Positions 48,166 to 57,126 are shown, counted from the stretch's first letter. The stretch is 64,000 nt of DNA from Candidatus Siliceabacter maunaloa (GCA_024330185.1 JANDLV010000011.1:19081-83080), one strand, 5' to 3'. Numbers and translations are program-made. The notes: a model not told the origin generated them from the letters alone.

Positions 48166-48366
48166 GGGGCCGCCTGCCGCCGAGGGACCGGTCTCCCGGT
48201 CGTCCATGAGTGACGGCACTCTGATGCGCCGTCGCTGGCATCACGCATCAGTGCCCCGCACGACCATCGACATCGACGCCTCGGTCCTCGACGCTGCGTG
48301 CCCGACAGCGCCGACGTTCGAAGGTGGGCCACGCATGACGCGGTGGATCCTTCGATGGCGGCGCGG

Positions 48367-48987
48367 TTACGTGACCGGGGTGGCGTTGCGCCCGCGATGG
48401 ACCGGGCCGCGGCGCTCGTGCTCCATCTCGCGGGCGATCGCGTCGGCCAGGCCCGCGCCGAAGAATCGCTCGACGAGCCAGAGGGCCAAGTCGATCCCGG
48501 CCGTCACCCCGCCGGCCGAGAGGACGTCGCCGTCGTCGACGACCCGGGCGTCGACGATCTGCACGCCGCGCTCGCGCAGCCCGTCCCGAGCGCGGTGGTG
48601 GGTGGAGGCCTCGCGGCCGTCCAGCAGGCCGGCCGCGGCGACGATCCCCGCGCCGGTGCACACCGAGGCGATGGTGGTGCCGCCCGCGTGCAGCCGGGCG
48701 ATGGCGGCGGGTAGCTCACCGCGCTGGGCCTCGGAGCGGGCGCCGGTCTGGGCGGGTTCGTTCCACCCGCCGGGGACCACGAGCAGGTCGGGGACGGCCT
48801 CGCCGTCGAGCGCCCCGTGGGGCACGAGGGCGGCCCCGTGGCTCGTGGTCACGGTCTCGGCGGGGTACAGGGTCACGAGGCGCACGGCGATGTCCGCTCC
48901 CCCGGCGCGGGCGTTGGCCAGCACCTCGAAGGGCCCGAAGGCGTCGAGGTCGTCGACTCCCGGGAAGATGACCACCGCAGCGTTCAC
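48367..48987 (-). CDS. DJ-1/PfpI family (class I glutamine amidotransferase-like) protein
   Basis: GTG 48987 inside ORF 48367..49452. Motifs: AAVVIFPGVDDLD, LLVVPGG and the nucleophile elbow IASVCTGA. Confidence 0.8.
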   Translation of the reverse strand: MNAAVVIFPGVDDLDAFGPFEVLANARAGGADIAVRLVTLYPAETVTTSHGAALVPHGALDGEAVPDLLVVPGGWNEPAQTGARSEAQRGELPAAIARLHAGGTTIASVCTGAGIVAAAGLLDGREASTHHRARDGLRERGVQIVDARVVDDGDVLSAGGVTAGIDLALWLVERFFGAGLADAIAREMEHERRGPVHRGRNATPVT

Positions 48988-49013
48988 GCTCGGAGAAGCT
49001 ACGGGATGGCCGG

Positions 49014-49172
49014 CTAGCGCTTGAGCAGCAGGAACATCAGCACGCCGGCGAAGGCCAGCGTGCCGAAGCTCAGCGCCGTGCCGAGGTTGACCGCGCCCAG
49101 CAGCTCGGCCAGCAGCGTCGCGGCGACGAACGCGCCCACGAGCATCCCCAGGTCCTCGGCCGTGCGCCTCAT
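49014..49172 (-). CDS. candidate small membrane protein (52 aa)
   Basis: MRRTAEDLGMLVGAFVAATLLAELLGAVNLGTALSFGTLAFAGVLMFLLLKR forms two hydrophobic helices. Its ATG overlaps the meaB TGA (ATGA). It is below the ORF-track cut-off. Confidence 0.35.
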   Translation of the reverse strand: MRRTAEDLGMLVGAFVAATLLAELLGAVNLGTALSFGTLAFAGVLMFLLLKR

Positions 49173-50134
49173 GTCGCGCCCGCCCGCGCCTCGAGTGCCC
49201 GGGTGAGAGCGGGGACCTCGAGCGCCGGGTCCTCCTCGTCCAGTGCGCGCAGCGCCGCCCGCCGGCCGCCCAGCGCGCGCAGGCCGCGGTCGCCGTGCTC
49301 GGCGTGGAAGTCGGCCACCGCGCCCGCACGACGGGCGGCCAGGCGGCGGGCGGGAAGGTCGAGGCCCGCGCGGTGCGCGTCGAGCGCGTCGATGAGTTGG
49401 TCGAAGCCCTGCACGGGAGCCACGGACGATACGCAGACGACCTGCGTAGCACGTTCCCCGATGGAGCGCAGCGTCGCGAGGAGATCCCGCCGGGCGCGCT
49501 GGGCTACCGTGCCCAGGTCGGCCTTGGTGACCACGAGCACGTCGGGGATCTCCATGATCCCGCTCTTGAGGAACTGCAGCACGTCGCCCGAGCCCGGTTG
49601 CACCACGACGGCCACCGTGTCGGCCACCTCGGCCACCTCGGTCTCCGACTGACCCACGCCGACCGTCTCGATCACGACCACGTCGAAGGCCGCGCCCAGC
49701 GCCTGGGCCGCCGCGCGGGTGGCGGGCGCCAGGCCGCCCAGGCGGTCACCGGCGGCCGTGGAGCGGATGAAGGTCGCGCGGTCGGCGGGGTCGGAGACGA
49801 TCCGTGCCCGGTCGCCCAGCAGCGCGCCGCCCGAGCGCTTGGACGAGGGGTCCACGGCCAGCACCGCGACGCTGCGCTGACGCTCGCGCCACGCGCGCAC
49901 GAGCTCGGACAGCAGCGTCGACTTGCCCACGCCGGGCGGGCCGGTGACCCCGACGACGTGCGCCCGGGCCTCGCCGCCCAGCGCACCCGGCGCCACCTCG
50001 TGCAGCAGCGCCTCGACCTCCCCGGCCTCCTGCGCCGGCCGGCTCTCGACCAGGTTGAGCACGGCGGGCGCGACGCTCAGGTCCCCGTCACGCAGCCGCC
50101 GCCCGAGGTCGGCGCCGGAGGGCGCCTCGCTCAC
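49169..50134 (-). CDS. meaB: methylmalonyl-CoA-mutase-associated G3E GTPase (MeaB/ArgK)
   Basis: GTG 50134 overlaps the mutase TGA. Motifs: VGVTGPPGVGKSTL, LAVDPSS, ETVGVGQSE and VTKAD. Confidence 0.85.
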   Translation of the reverse strand: MSEAPSGADLGRRLRDGDLSVAPAVLNLVESRPAQEAGEVEALLHEVAPGALGGEARAHVVGVTGPPGVGKSTLLSELVRAWRERQRSVAVLAVDPSSKRSGGALLGDRARIVSDPADRATFIRSTAAGDRLGGLAPATRAAAQALGAAFDVVVIETVGVGQSETEVAEVADTVAVVVQPGSGDVLQFLKSGIMEIPDVLVVTKADLGTVAQRARRDLLATLRSIGERATQVVCVSSVAPVQGFDQLIDALDAHRAGLDLPARRLAARRAGAVADFHAEHGDRGLRALGGRRAALRALDEEDPALEVPALTRALEARAGAT

Positions 50135-52119
50135 GCGCTCGCGCCGACCCCGTTGCGCTGCGCCACGAGCGCGACGATGTCGCCCATGATCACGCCCATG
50201 TCGAAGTCCTTGGGCGTGTAGACCGCGGCCACGCCCGCCTCGCGCAGCGGCGCCACGTCGGCCTCGGGGATGATCCCGCCGACGACGACCGGCGCCTCGA
50301 CGCCCGCCTCGCGCAGGCCCGCGATCAGGTCCGGGATGAGCTCGCGGTGGGAGCCCGACAGGATCGAGAGCCCGACCACGTGGACGCCCTCCTGCAGTGC
50401 GCTGGCCACGATCTGTGACGGTGTCAGGCGGATGCCCTCGTAGACGACGTCCATGCCCAGGTCGCGGGCGCGCACGGCGATCTGCTCGGCGCCGTTGGAG
50501 TGCCCGTCCAGGCCCGGCTTGCCGACCAGGATCTTCAGGCGGCGCCCCAGCCCTTCGCTGACGCGCTCGACCTCGTCGCGCAGGCGCTCCATGTCCTGCG
50601 AGGGCACGCTTGCCGCGGCCTCGCCCACGCCGGTGGGCGCGCGGTACTCGCCGAAGGCGTCGCGCAGGGCATGGGCCCACTCGCCGGTGGTCACGCCGGC
50701 GCGGGCGGCCTCGATCGTGGCGGGCATGATGTTCTCCGTGTCGTCGGCGGCCGCGCGGCGCAGCCCGTCGAGGGCCTGCGCGACTGCCGCGTCGTCGCGC
50801 TGGGTGCGCCAGCGCGCGAGCTCCTCGCGCTGGCCGGCCTCCACGCCGGGGTCGACGGTGAGGATGCCGCCGTCCTCGCCCTCGGCCATGGGGGAGGGCT
50901 CGCTGTCGGCGTAGCGGTTGATGCCCACCACGACCTGCTCGCCCGACTCGATGCGCCCCAGCCGCTCGCGATGGGAGTCCACCAGCGCGGCCTTCATGTA
51001 GGCCACGGCCTCCACGGCGCCGCCGTGCTCGTCCACGACGGCCATCTCGGCCCGGGCGCCACGGGCCAGCTCGTCCACCAGCCCGTCCATGACCCTGGAG
51101 CCCTCGAAGATGTCGGGGTACTCGAGCAGGTCGGTCTCGTAGGCCAGCACCTGCTGGATGCGCAGCGACCACTGCTGGTCCCAGGGGCGCGGGAGGCCCA
51201 GGGCCTCGTTCCAGGCCGGAAGCTGGATGGCGCGGGCGCGGGCGTCGCGGCCCAGGGTCACCCCCAGCGTCTCCAGCACGATGCGCTGGACGTTGTTCTC
51301 GGGCTGGTTCTCGGTCAGTCCCAGCGAGTTGACCTGCACGCCGTAGCGGAAGCGCAGCTGCTTGGGGTCCTCCACGCCGTAGCGCGTGCGCCCGACCTCC
51401 TCCCACAGACGCCCCATCGCGCGCAGCTTGGCGTGCTCCTCGACGAAGCGCACCCCTGCGTTGACGAAGAACGACATGCGCGAGAAGACCTTGCCCATGA
51501 GCGACGGCTCCACCCGCTCGCGCACCGCGTCCAGGACGGCGATGCCGTTGGACAGCGCGTAGGCGATCTCCTGCACCGGCGTCGCGCCCGCCTCCTGGAG
51601 GTGGTAGGAGCAGATGTTGATCGGGTTCCACTTCGGCACCTCGGTCACCGTGTAGGCGACCATGTCGGCGATCAGGCGCATGGACGGTGCGGGCGGGAAG
51701 GCATAGGTGCCGCGGGCCAGGAACTCCTTGATGATGTCGTTCTGCGTCGTGCCCTGGAGCGCGCCGGCCTCGACGCCCTGCTCCTGCGCGGCCACGATGT
51801 AGAGGCCCAGCAGCCAGGCCGCCGTGGCGTTGATGGTCATCGACGTGTTCATCTCGTCCAGCGGGATGCCGTCCATGAGCGCCGCCATGTCGCCGCGGTG
51901 GGCGACGGGCACGCCGACCTTGCCCACCTCGCCGCGGGCCAGCTCGTGATCGGCGTCGTAGCCGGTCTGGGTCGGCAGGTCGAAGGCCACCGACAGGCCG
52001 GTCTGGCCCATGGCCAGGTTGCCGCGGTAGAGCTCGTTGGACTTCTTGGCCGTGGAGTGGCCCGCGTAGGTGCGCATCATCCAGGGACGGTCGCGCTCGG
52101 GGAGACGGTGGTCGCTCAT
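50131..52119 (-). CDS. ecm: B12-dependent acyl-CoA mutase, single-chain, Ecm/MeaA-like
   Basis: ATG 52119 (MSDHRLPERDRPWMMRTYAGHS). The string RTYAGHS..GQTGLSVAFDLPTQTGYD is the MeaA/ethylmalonyl-CoA-mutase variant as I recall it. The C-terminal B12 domain carries GLDGHSNG. Confidence 0.85.
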   Translation of the reverse strand: MSDHRLPERDRPWMMRTYAGHSTAKKSNELYRGNLAMGQTGLSVAFDLPTQTGYDADHELARGEVGKVGVPVAHRGDMAALMDGIPLDEMNTSMTINATAAWLLGLYIVAAQEQGVEAGALQGTTQNDIIKEFLARGTYAFPPAPSMRLIADMVAYTVTEVPKWNPINICSYHLQEAGATPVQEIAYALSNGIAVLDAVRERVEPSLMGKVFSRMSFFVNAGVRFVEEHAKLRAMGRLWEEVGRTRYGVEDPKQLRFRYGVQVNSLGLTENQPENNVQRIVLETLGVTLGRDARARAIQLPAWNEALGLPRPWDQQWSLRIQQVLAYETDLLEYPDIFEGSRVMDGLVDELARGARAEMAVVDEHGGAVEAVAYMKAALVDSHRERLGRIESGEQVVVGINRYADSEPSPMAEGEDGGILTVDPGVEAGQREELARWRTQRDDAAVAQALDGLRRAAADDTENIMPATIEAARAGVTTGEWAHALRDAFGEYRAPTGVGEAAASVPSQDMERLRDEVERVSEGLGRRLKILVGKPGLDGHSNGAEQIAVRARDLGMDVVYEGIRLTPSQIVASALQEGVHVVGLSILSGSHRELIPDLIAGLREAGVEAPVVVGGIIPEADVAPLREAGVAAVYTPKDFDMGVIMGDIVALVAQRNGVGASA

Positions 52120-52141
52120 GGCAACCTGATGATATGCGGCC

Positions 52142-52990
52142 ATGCCCGAGCCACGGCCCATCGACGTCCACCACGTCGGCCGCGAGAAGGTCATCTGCTG
52201 CTGGCAGGTCGGGGACGCGCTGGTCGATCCGGGCCCGGCCCCCAGCGTCGGGACGCTGCTGGAGGCGCTGGGCGACGAGCGTCCCGCCCGGCTGCTGCTG
52301 ACCCACATCCACCTCGACCATGCCGGTGCCGCCGGCGTGCTGGTGCGCCGCTGGCCCGACCTGGAGGTATGCGTCCACGAGCGCGGGGCGCCCCACCTGG
52401 CGGACCCCACGAAGCTGCTGGCCTCGGCACGCCAGCTCTACGGCGACGACATGGAGCGCCTGTGGGGCGAGGTCGCCCCCGTGCCGCAGCGCAACCTGCG
52501 CGTGCTGCAGGGCGGCGAGGAGCTCGACGGCTTCGAGGTCGCCTATACCCCCGGCCACGCGTGGCACCACGTCGCCTACCGCCACGCGGCCAGCGGATGG
52601 GCGTTCACCGGGGACGTCACCGGCGTGCGCATCCCGCCGCCCGGCCACCTGCTGCCGCCCACCCCGCCGCCCGACATCGACCTCGAGGCCTGGCACCGCT
52701 CCCTCGACGCGGTGGCCGCCTGGGAGCCCGCGGCGCTCTGCCTGACGCACTTCGGCGCGTGGACCGACGTCGCCGACCACCTCGCGGGCATGCACGAGGC
52801 GCTGGACCGCTGGGGCGCCCGGGCCCGCGACCTGGACGCCGAGGCCTACGCCGAGGCGGTCGTGGCCGAGATGCGCGAGCACGGGGAGGGGAGGGTGGAC
52901 ACCGTGGAGAGTTACATGCAGGCCATGCCCCCCGACCAGCAGCAGCTCGGGCTGGCTCGCTACTGGCGCAAGCGCGCCGAGCGGGCCTGA
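52142..52990 (+). CDS. MBL-fold metallo-hydrolase
   Basis: THIHLDHAGAAG (the HxHxDH motif) and TPGHAWHH. Confidence 0.8.
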   Translation: MPEPRPIDVHHVGREKVICCWQVGDALVDPGPAPSVGTLLEALGDERPARLLLTHIHLDHAGAAGVLVRRWPDLEVCVHERGAPHLADPTKLLASARQLYGDDMERLWGEVAPVPQRNLRVLQGGEELDGFEVAYTPGHAWHHVAYRHAASGWAFTGDVTGVRIPPPGHLLPPTPPPDIDLEAWHRSLDAVAAWEPAALCLTHFGAWTDVADHLAGMHEALDRWGARARDLDAEAYAEAVVAEMREHGEGRVDTVESYMQAMPPDQQQLGLARYWRKRAERA

Positions 52991-52999
52991 GCCCATGCA

Positions 53000-54202
53000 A
53001 TGCTCAGAGCGCCCTCGGTGAGCGCTGCCGCCGCCGGCAGCCCGCCGCGCCTGCGCCTGGACCGCCGCGAGCTGGCGGGCGCGGTGGGGGACGTGGGGGT
53101 GCTGGTGCCGATCGCGACGGCCCTCATCGTCGCCAACGGACTGTCGGCCACCGCCGTGCTGCTCCCGGCGGGCCTGCTCTACCTCGGCGCCGCGGCCGCC
53201 TACCGACTGCCCGTCCCCGTGCAGCCCCTCAAGGCCTTCGGCGCGATCGCGATCGCGCAGGGCCTGGGCTCGGACGCGATCGCGGCCGGGGCGCTGCTCA
53301 TGGGTGCCGTCTTCTTGGTCCTGGGGCGCACCGGCCTGATCGACCGGGCCGCCCGCGCGTTCCCCACGCCGGTCGTACGCGGCATCCAGCTCATCGTCGG
53401 CGTCCTGTTCCTCCAGATCGCGTGGGACCTCGTGCGGGACCCGCCGGCGGGCTTCGTGGACGCGAGCGCCGACCCCGTCCTGCTGGTCGCGCTGGCCCTG
53501 GCAGCACTGGGCGCGGCGATGGTCCTCAAGCACCGGTCGGTGAGCCTGGCGCTGGTCGGCGGGGGGATCCTGATCGCCGTCGTCCGAGCAGCCGACGAGC
53601 TCGCGCTGGGGCCCTCGGCCCTCTCCCTTCCCACGCTGGACGCCGCGACCTTCTGGACGGCCTTCACCGTTCTGGTCGTGCCCCAGCTTCCGTTGACCTT
53701 CGCCAACTCGTGCGTGGCCACCAGCGACGTCGCGCGCACCTACTTCGGCGCGGCGGCGGAGAGGGTGCGGCCCGGCCGCCTCGCGCAGAGCCTCGGGGTG
53801 GCCAACCTGTTCTCGGGCGCAGTCTCGGGGATGCCGGTGTGCCACGGGGCCGGGGGCATGACCGCCCACCGCGCGTTCGGCGCGCGCACGGCGGGCGCAC
53901 CCGTGGCCATCGGCGCGGTGCTCGTCGTCGCCGCCCTCCTTCTCGGCGCCGGCATGGCCGCGCTGCTGGCTGCCTTCCCGCTGGCCGTCCTCGCCGCGAT
54001 GCTCGCCGCCGCGGGCCTCTTGCACGTCGGGCTGCTGCGCGACCTGCGCGGCGGGCGCGCCTGGACGATCGCCCTCCTCGTGGGCGCCGTCGGAGTGCTC
54101 GTGGGCCTGACGCCCGCGCTCGTGGTGGGTCTGGCGGCGTGGTGGGTACCCGCCCGCCTCGCTTCGCACCGGCGCACGCCTCTGTCATCCTCGCGGGGAT
54201 GA
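53000..54202 (+). CDS. SulP-related (MOT-like) anion transporter
   Basis: 400 aa, polytopic. The N-terminal ELAGAVGDVGVLVPIA resembles the molybdate/sulfate-transporter family signature. Confidence 0.6.
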   Translation: MLRAPSVSAAAAGSPPRLRLDRRELAGAVGDVGVLVPIATALIVANGLSATAVLLPAGLLYLGAAAAYRLPVPVQPLKAFGAIAIAQGLGSDAIAAGALLMGAVFLVLGRTGLIDRAARAFPTPVVRGIQLIVGVLFLQIAWDLVRDPPAGFVDASADPVLLVALALAALGAAMVLKHRSVSLALVGGGILIAVVRAADELALGPSALSLPTLDAATFWTAFTVLVVPQLPLTFANSCVATSDVARTYFGAAAERVRPGRLAQSLGVANLFSGAVSGMPVCHGAGGMTAHRAFGARTAGAPVAIGAVLVVAALLLGAGMAALLAAFPLAVLAAMLAAAGLLHVGLLRDLRGGRAWTIALLVGAVGVLVGLTPALVVGLAAWWVPARLASHRRTPLSSSRG

Positions 54203-54486
54203 CGCAGACCATCGAGCGCCCGCGCACGTCCGGGCCCGACAGCGGCCTGGGTGGCTCCTGGCGGGTCATAGTGCGCAACGACAGTCACAACACCTTCGAC
54301 CACGTGGCTCAGACACTCGCGCGCACGATCCCGGGGACATCCGTGGATCAGGGCCACCAGATCGCGGAAACGATCCACCGCAGCGGTCAGGCCATCGTAT
54401 GGAGCGGCCAGCGCGAGCCCGCCGAGCACTATTGGGAGCAGCTCCGGTCGGCGGGGCTCACCATGGCCCCGCTCGAGCGCGACTGA
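54199..54486 (+). CDS. clpS: ATP-dependent Clp protease adaptor ClpS
   Basis: ATG 54199 overlaps the transporter TGA. WRVIVRNDSHNTFDHVAQTL..IHRSGQAIVWSGQREPAE is ClpS-like. Confidence 0.85.
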   Translation: MTQTIERPRTSGPDSGLGGSWRVIVRNDSHNTFDHVAQTLARTIPGTSVDQGHQIAETIHRSGQAIVWSGQREPAEHYWEQLRSAGLTMAPLERD

Positions 54487-54534
54487 TCGGCCGGCCCGCA
54501 CGGCGGCCCTGCGGCGTGTCGTAGGCTCGCAGGG

Positions 54535-55380
54535 ATGGATGGGGACAAGGACCAGCGGGCTCAGGCTCTGGGCTCGGCGGGCAATGGTGGCTCCGCGAAG
54601 GACTGGGGGCCGGTGGGTCCGGCCACGGACACCGCCCAGCGCGCTCTGCGCGAACGCGAACTGCTCAAGCGCTACCACGAGCGCGGCGACACCCGCGCCC
54701 GCGACCAGCTCGCTGAAGAGATGGTCCCGCTGGCTCGTGCGCTGGCGGGTCGCTACACCGGCCGCGGCGAGCCCCTGGACGACCTCGTGCAGGTGGCCTG
54801 CGTCGGCATAATGAAAGCGATCGATGGCTTCGATCTCACGAGAGAGGTCCGCTTCTCCTCCTACGCGACCCCCACCGTCCTGGGTGAGATCAAGCGCTAC
54901 TTCCGCGACAAGACCTGGGCCCTGCGCGTGCCCCGCGGCCTGCAGGAGCTGCAGATCGAGGTGGCCAAGGCACGCGACAAGCTCACCACGACGCTCGGCC
55001 GCTCCCCGACGGTGCAGGAGCTTGCCGACGCCGTGGGCCAGCCCTTCGAGGAGGTCCTGCAGACCATCCAGAGTCAGGACGCGCGGCGCACGCGCTCCCT
55101 GGACGAGCCCACCGGCGAGGACGTCACCCTGGCCGACTCCCTGGGCCAGCGCGACCCCGACATCGCCCGCGCCGAGATGCGCGTCCTGCTCGACGAGGCC
55201 ATGGACGTCCTCTCCGAGCGCGATCAGGCCGTCCTGCGCCTGCGCTTCGAGGGCGACCTCACGCAGACCGAGATCGCCACGCGCGTCGGCGTCTCCCAGA
55301 TGCAGGTCTCGCGGATCATCCGCTCGTCGCTGACCAAGCTGCGCTCGGACATCGAGCGCGAGACGGCCGACCAGCGCTAG
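54535..55380 (+). CDS. RNA polymerase sigma factor, SigB/SigF (group 3) type
   Basis: Region 2 reads DDLVQVACVGIMKAIDGFD..FSSYATPTVLGEIKRYFRD. Region 3 is present. The region 4 HTH reads LTQTEIATRVGVSQMQVSRI. Confidence 0.85.
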   Translation: MDGDKDQRAQALGSAGNGGSAKDWGPVGPATDTAQRALRERELLKRYHERGDTRARDQLAEEMVPLARALAGRYTGRGEPLDDLVQVACVGIMKAIDGFDLTREVRFSSYATPTVLGEIKRYFRDKTWALRVPRGLQELQIEVAKARDKLTTTLGRSPTVQELADAVGQPFEEVLQTIQSQDARRTRSLDEPTGEDVTLADSLGQRDPDIARAEMRVLLDEAMDVLSERDQAVLRLRFEGDLTQTEIATRVGVSQMQVSRIIRSSLTKLRSDIERETADQR

Positions 55381-55386
55381 CGCGCG

Positions 55387-55758
55387 CTACGAGCCGTTGC
55401 CCTGCGTCACGGCCGCCGCGAAGGTGGTCGCGCCGGGCAGGGACCCGCTGGTGACCAGGTCGGACCAGACGTAGTTGAGGGGGACCTGATACCAGCCCGA
55501 GCACTGGGCGCGCATGTCGACGAACTCGTCGCCGTACCAGAAGCGGTCCCAGTCGTACTTGTGCTCGAACTCTATGATCTGGAGCATGCTGTAGCGGTCG
55601 TCGCGGGTGCGGTAGACCATGTAGGACAGCGCGCCATAGCGCACGGAGAAGGGCGTGATCTGGCCCAGCGCGTACTCGAGGTCGTCACCGCGGAAGCCGG
55701 TGGCATACCAGGGGAGCTGGACCATGCCGGGCGACTTACGCTGATCCGTCGTGCTCAT
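55387..55758 (-). CDS. hypothetical protein (123 aa) translationally coupled to ccr
   Basis: This is the tail of ORF 55387..56943. Its ATG at 55756-55758 shares one base with the ccr TGA at 55758-55760. The protein is Trp/Tyr-rich (QLPWYATGF..FEHKYDWDRFWYGDEF). No family recognised. Confidence 0.55.
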   Translation of the reverse strand: MSTTDQRKSPGMVQLPWYATGFRGDDLEYALGQITPFSVRYGALSYMVYRTRDDRYSMLQIIEFEHKYDWDRFWYGDEFVDMRAQCSGWYQVPLNYVWSDLVTSGSLPGATTFAAAVTQGNGS

Positions 55759-57014
55759 CAGGCGCCCACCTCCGCACGGATCGCGCCCGGGCCCTCGACG
55801 GCCCTGCCCAGGCCCTCCTGCGCCGCGCCGACGAGGATCGAGATCTTGCCCAGGTGCTGGTTGTCGCGCATGAGCTGGTGGGCCTCTCCGACGCCCTCGA
55901 AGCCCAGCGTGCGCCACAGAACCGGGCGGATGGCGCCGGACTCGATGAGCTCGTTGGCCTTGAGGCACTCGTAGGCGTTGGCGAAGTGCGACCCGATGAT
56001 CTGCTTCTGCTTCATCCACAGGTAGCGCACGTCGAAGTCGAGGTTGTAGCCCGTGGTGCCGGCGCAGATGACCACCTTGCCAAACGGCTTGACGGTGAAC
56101 ACCGAGGTGGGGAACGTCGCCTGGCCGACGTGCTCGAAGACGATGTCGGGCTTGTCGCCCAGCAGCTCGCGCACGCGCTTGTCGAAGGCGCGGGTGACCT
56201 TGAAGCGCTCCTTCTCCTCGTCGGGCGTCTCGCCGCCGCGACGCATCATGCCCGCGAACTCGTTGCGGTCGATGTAGGCGGTTGCGCCCAGCCGCTTGAC
56301 CAGCTCGCCCTTCTCCTCGTTGGAGACCACGCCGACGGCGTGCGCGCCGGCCGCCCTGCAGAGCTGGGTTGCGAAGACGCCCAGGCCGCCCGCGGCGCCC
56401 CAGATGAGGACCCGGTCGCCCGCCTGGATGTTGCAGCGGTTGATCAGCATGCGGTGGGCGGTGAAGTACACGAGGCCGTAGGAGGCGGCCTCCTCCCAGG
56501 TCAGTGCCTGGGGCTTGGGCAGGAGCTGCTGGGCCTGGACCTTGGTGAACTGCGCGAAGGAGCCCCAGGTGGTCTCGTAGCCCCAGATCTTCTGGGACGG
56601 CGCGGCCAGGGGATCGAGGCCGTGGACCTCTGGGTCCTCGTAGGAGGCCTGGTTGCAGTGGACGACGACCTCGTCGCCGGGCTGCCAGCGGGTCACGCCC
56701 GGGCCGACCTTCCACACGACGCCCGAGGCGTCCGAGCCGCCGATGTGGTGGCCGTACTCGGGATGGTCGCCGTAGCGCATGACCGAGACCGGCTCGCCCA
56801 GAGCCGCCCACACGTTGTTGTAGTTCACTCCCGCGGCCATGACCCGCACGATGACCTCGAACGCGCCCGGCTCGGGGACCTCGATCTGCTCGAGCTGGAA
56901 GGCGTCGATGGGCTCCCCGTAGCGCTCCTCGCGGATGACCCATGCGGCCATGCTGGCCGGGAGCTCACCGGGCTCGGTGTCGACGTGGGATAGGTGGCTG
57001 AGATCGACGGCCAT
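55758..57014 (-). CDS. ccr: crotonyl-CoA carboxylase/reductase
   Basis: ATG 57014 inside ORF 55758..57671. It has a medium-chain dehydrogenase/reductase fold with AAGVNYNNVW, IWGYETTWGSFAQF, IWGAAGGLG and VICAGTTGYN, which is typical of Ccr. Confidence 0.9.
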   Translation of the reverse strand: MAVDLSHLSHVDTEPGELPASMAAWVIREERYGEPIDAFQLEQIEVPEPGAFEVIVRVMAAGVNYNNVWAALGEPVSVMRYGDHPEYGHHIGGSDASGVVWKVGPGVTRWQPGDEVVVHCNQASYEDPEVHGLDPLAAPSQKIWGYETTWGSFAQFTKVQAQQLLPKPQALTWEEAASYGLVYFTAHRMLINRCNIQAGDRVLIWGAAGGLGVFATQLCRAAGAHAVGVVSNEEKGELVKRLGATAYIDRNEFAGMMRRGGETPDEEKERFKVTRAFDKRVRELLGDKPDIVFEHVGQATFPTSVFTVKPFGKVVICAGTTGYNLDFDVRYLWMKQKQIIGSHFANAYECLKANELIESGAIRPVLWRTLGFEGVGEAHQLMRDNQHLGKISILVGAAQEGLGRAVEGPGAIRAEVGA

Positions 57015-57126
57015 GGGCGTGCGGCCAGGCACCCTAGCGGGCGCCCGCAGCGCGCGGGCTCCACGGACCGATGTCCGGTGCAATCCGCCATGCAGCGCGT
57101 CCTCGGCACACGCGATCCTCCCGGCG

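Noticed and set aside
48206-49024. ORF 48206..49024 (+) 272 aa
   Set aside because: It lies antisense to the DJ-1/PfpI gene, which has the conserved nucleophile elbow. The translation is Ser/Ala/Arg/Pro-rich with no motifs.
49169-54486. Giant ORFs 49169..54169 (-) 1666 aa and 50500..54486 (+) 1328 aa
   Set aside because: These are composite open frames. Only the segments with clear homology were kept: meaB 49169-50134 on the minus strand and clpS 54199-54486 on the plus strand. The mutase (50131-52119), the MBL hydrolase and the transporter lie in other frames. The remainder is low-complexity antisense translation.
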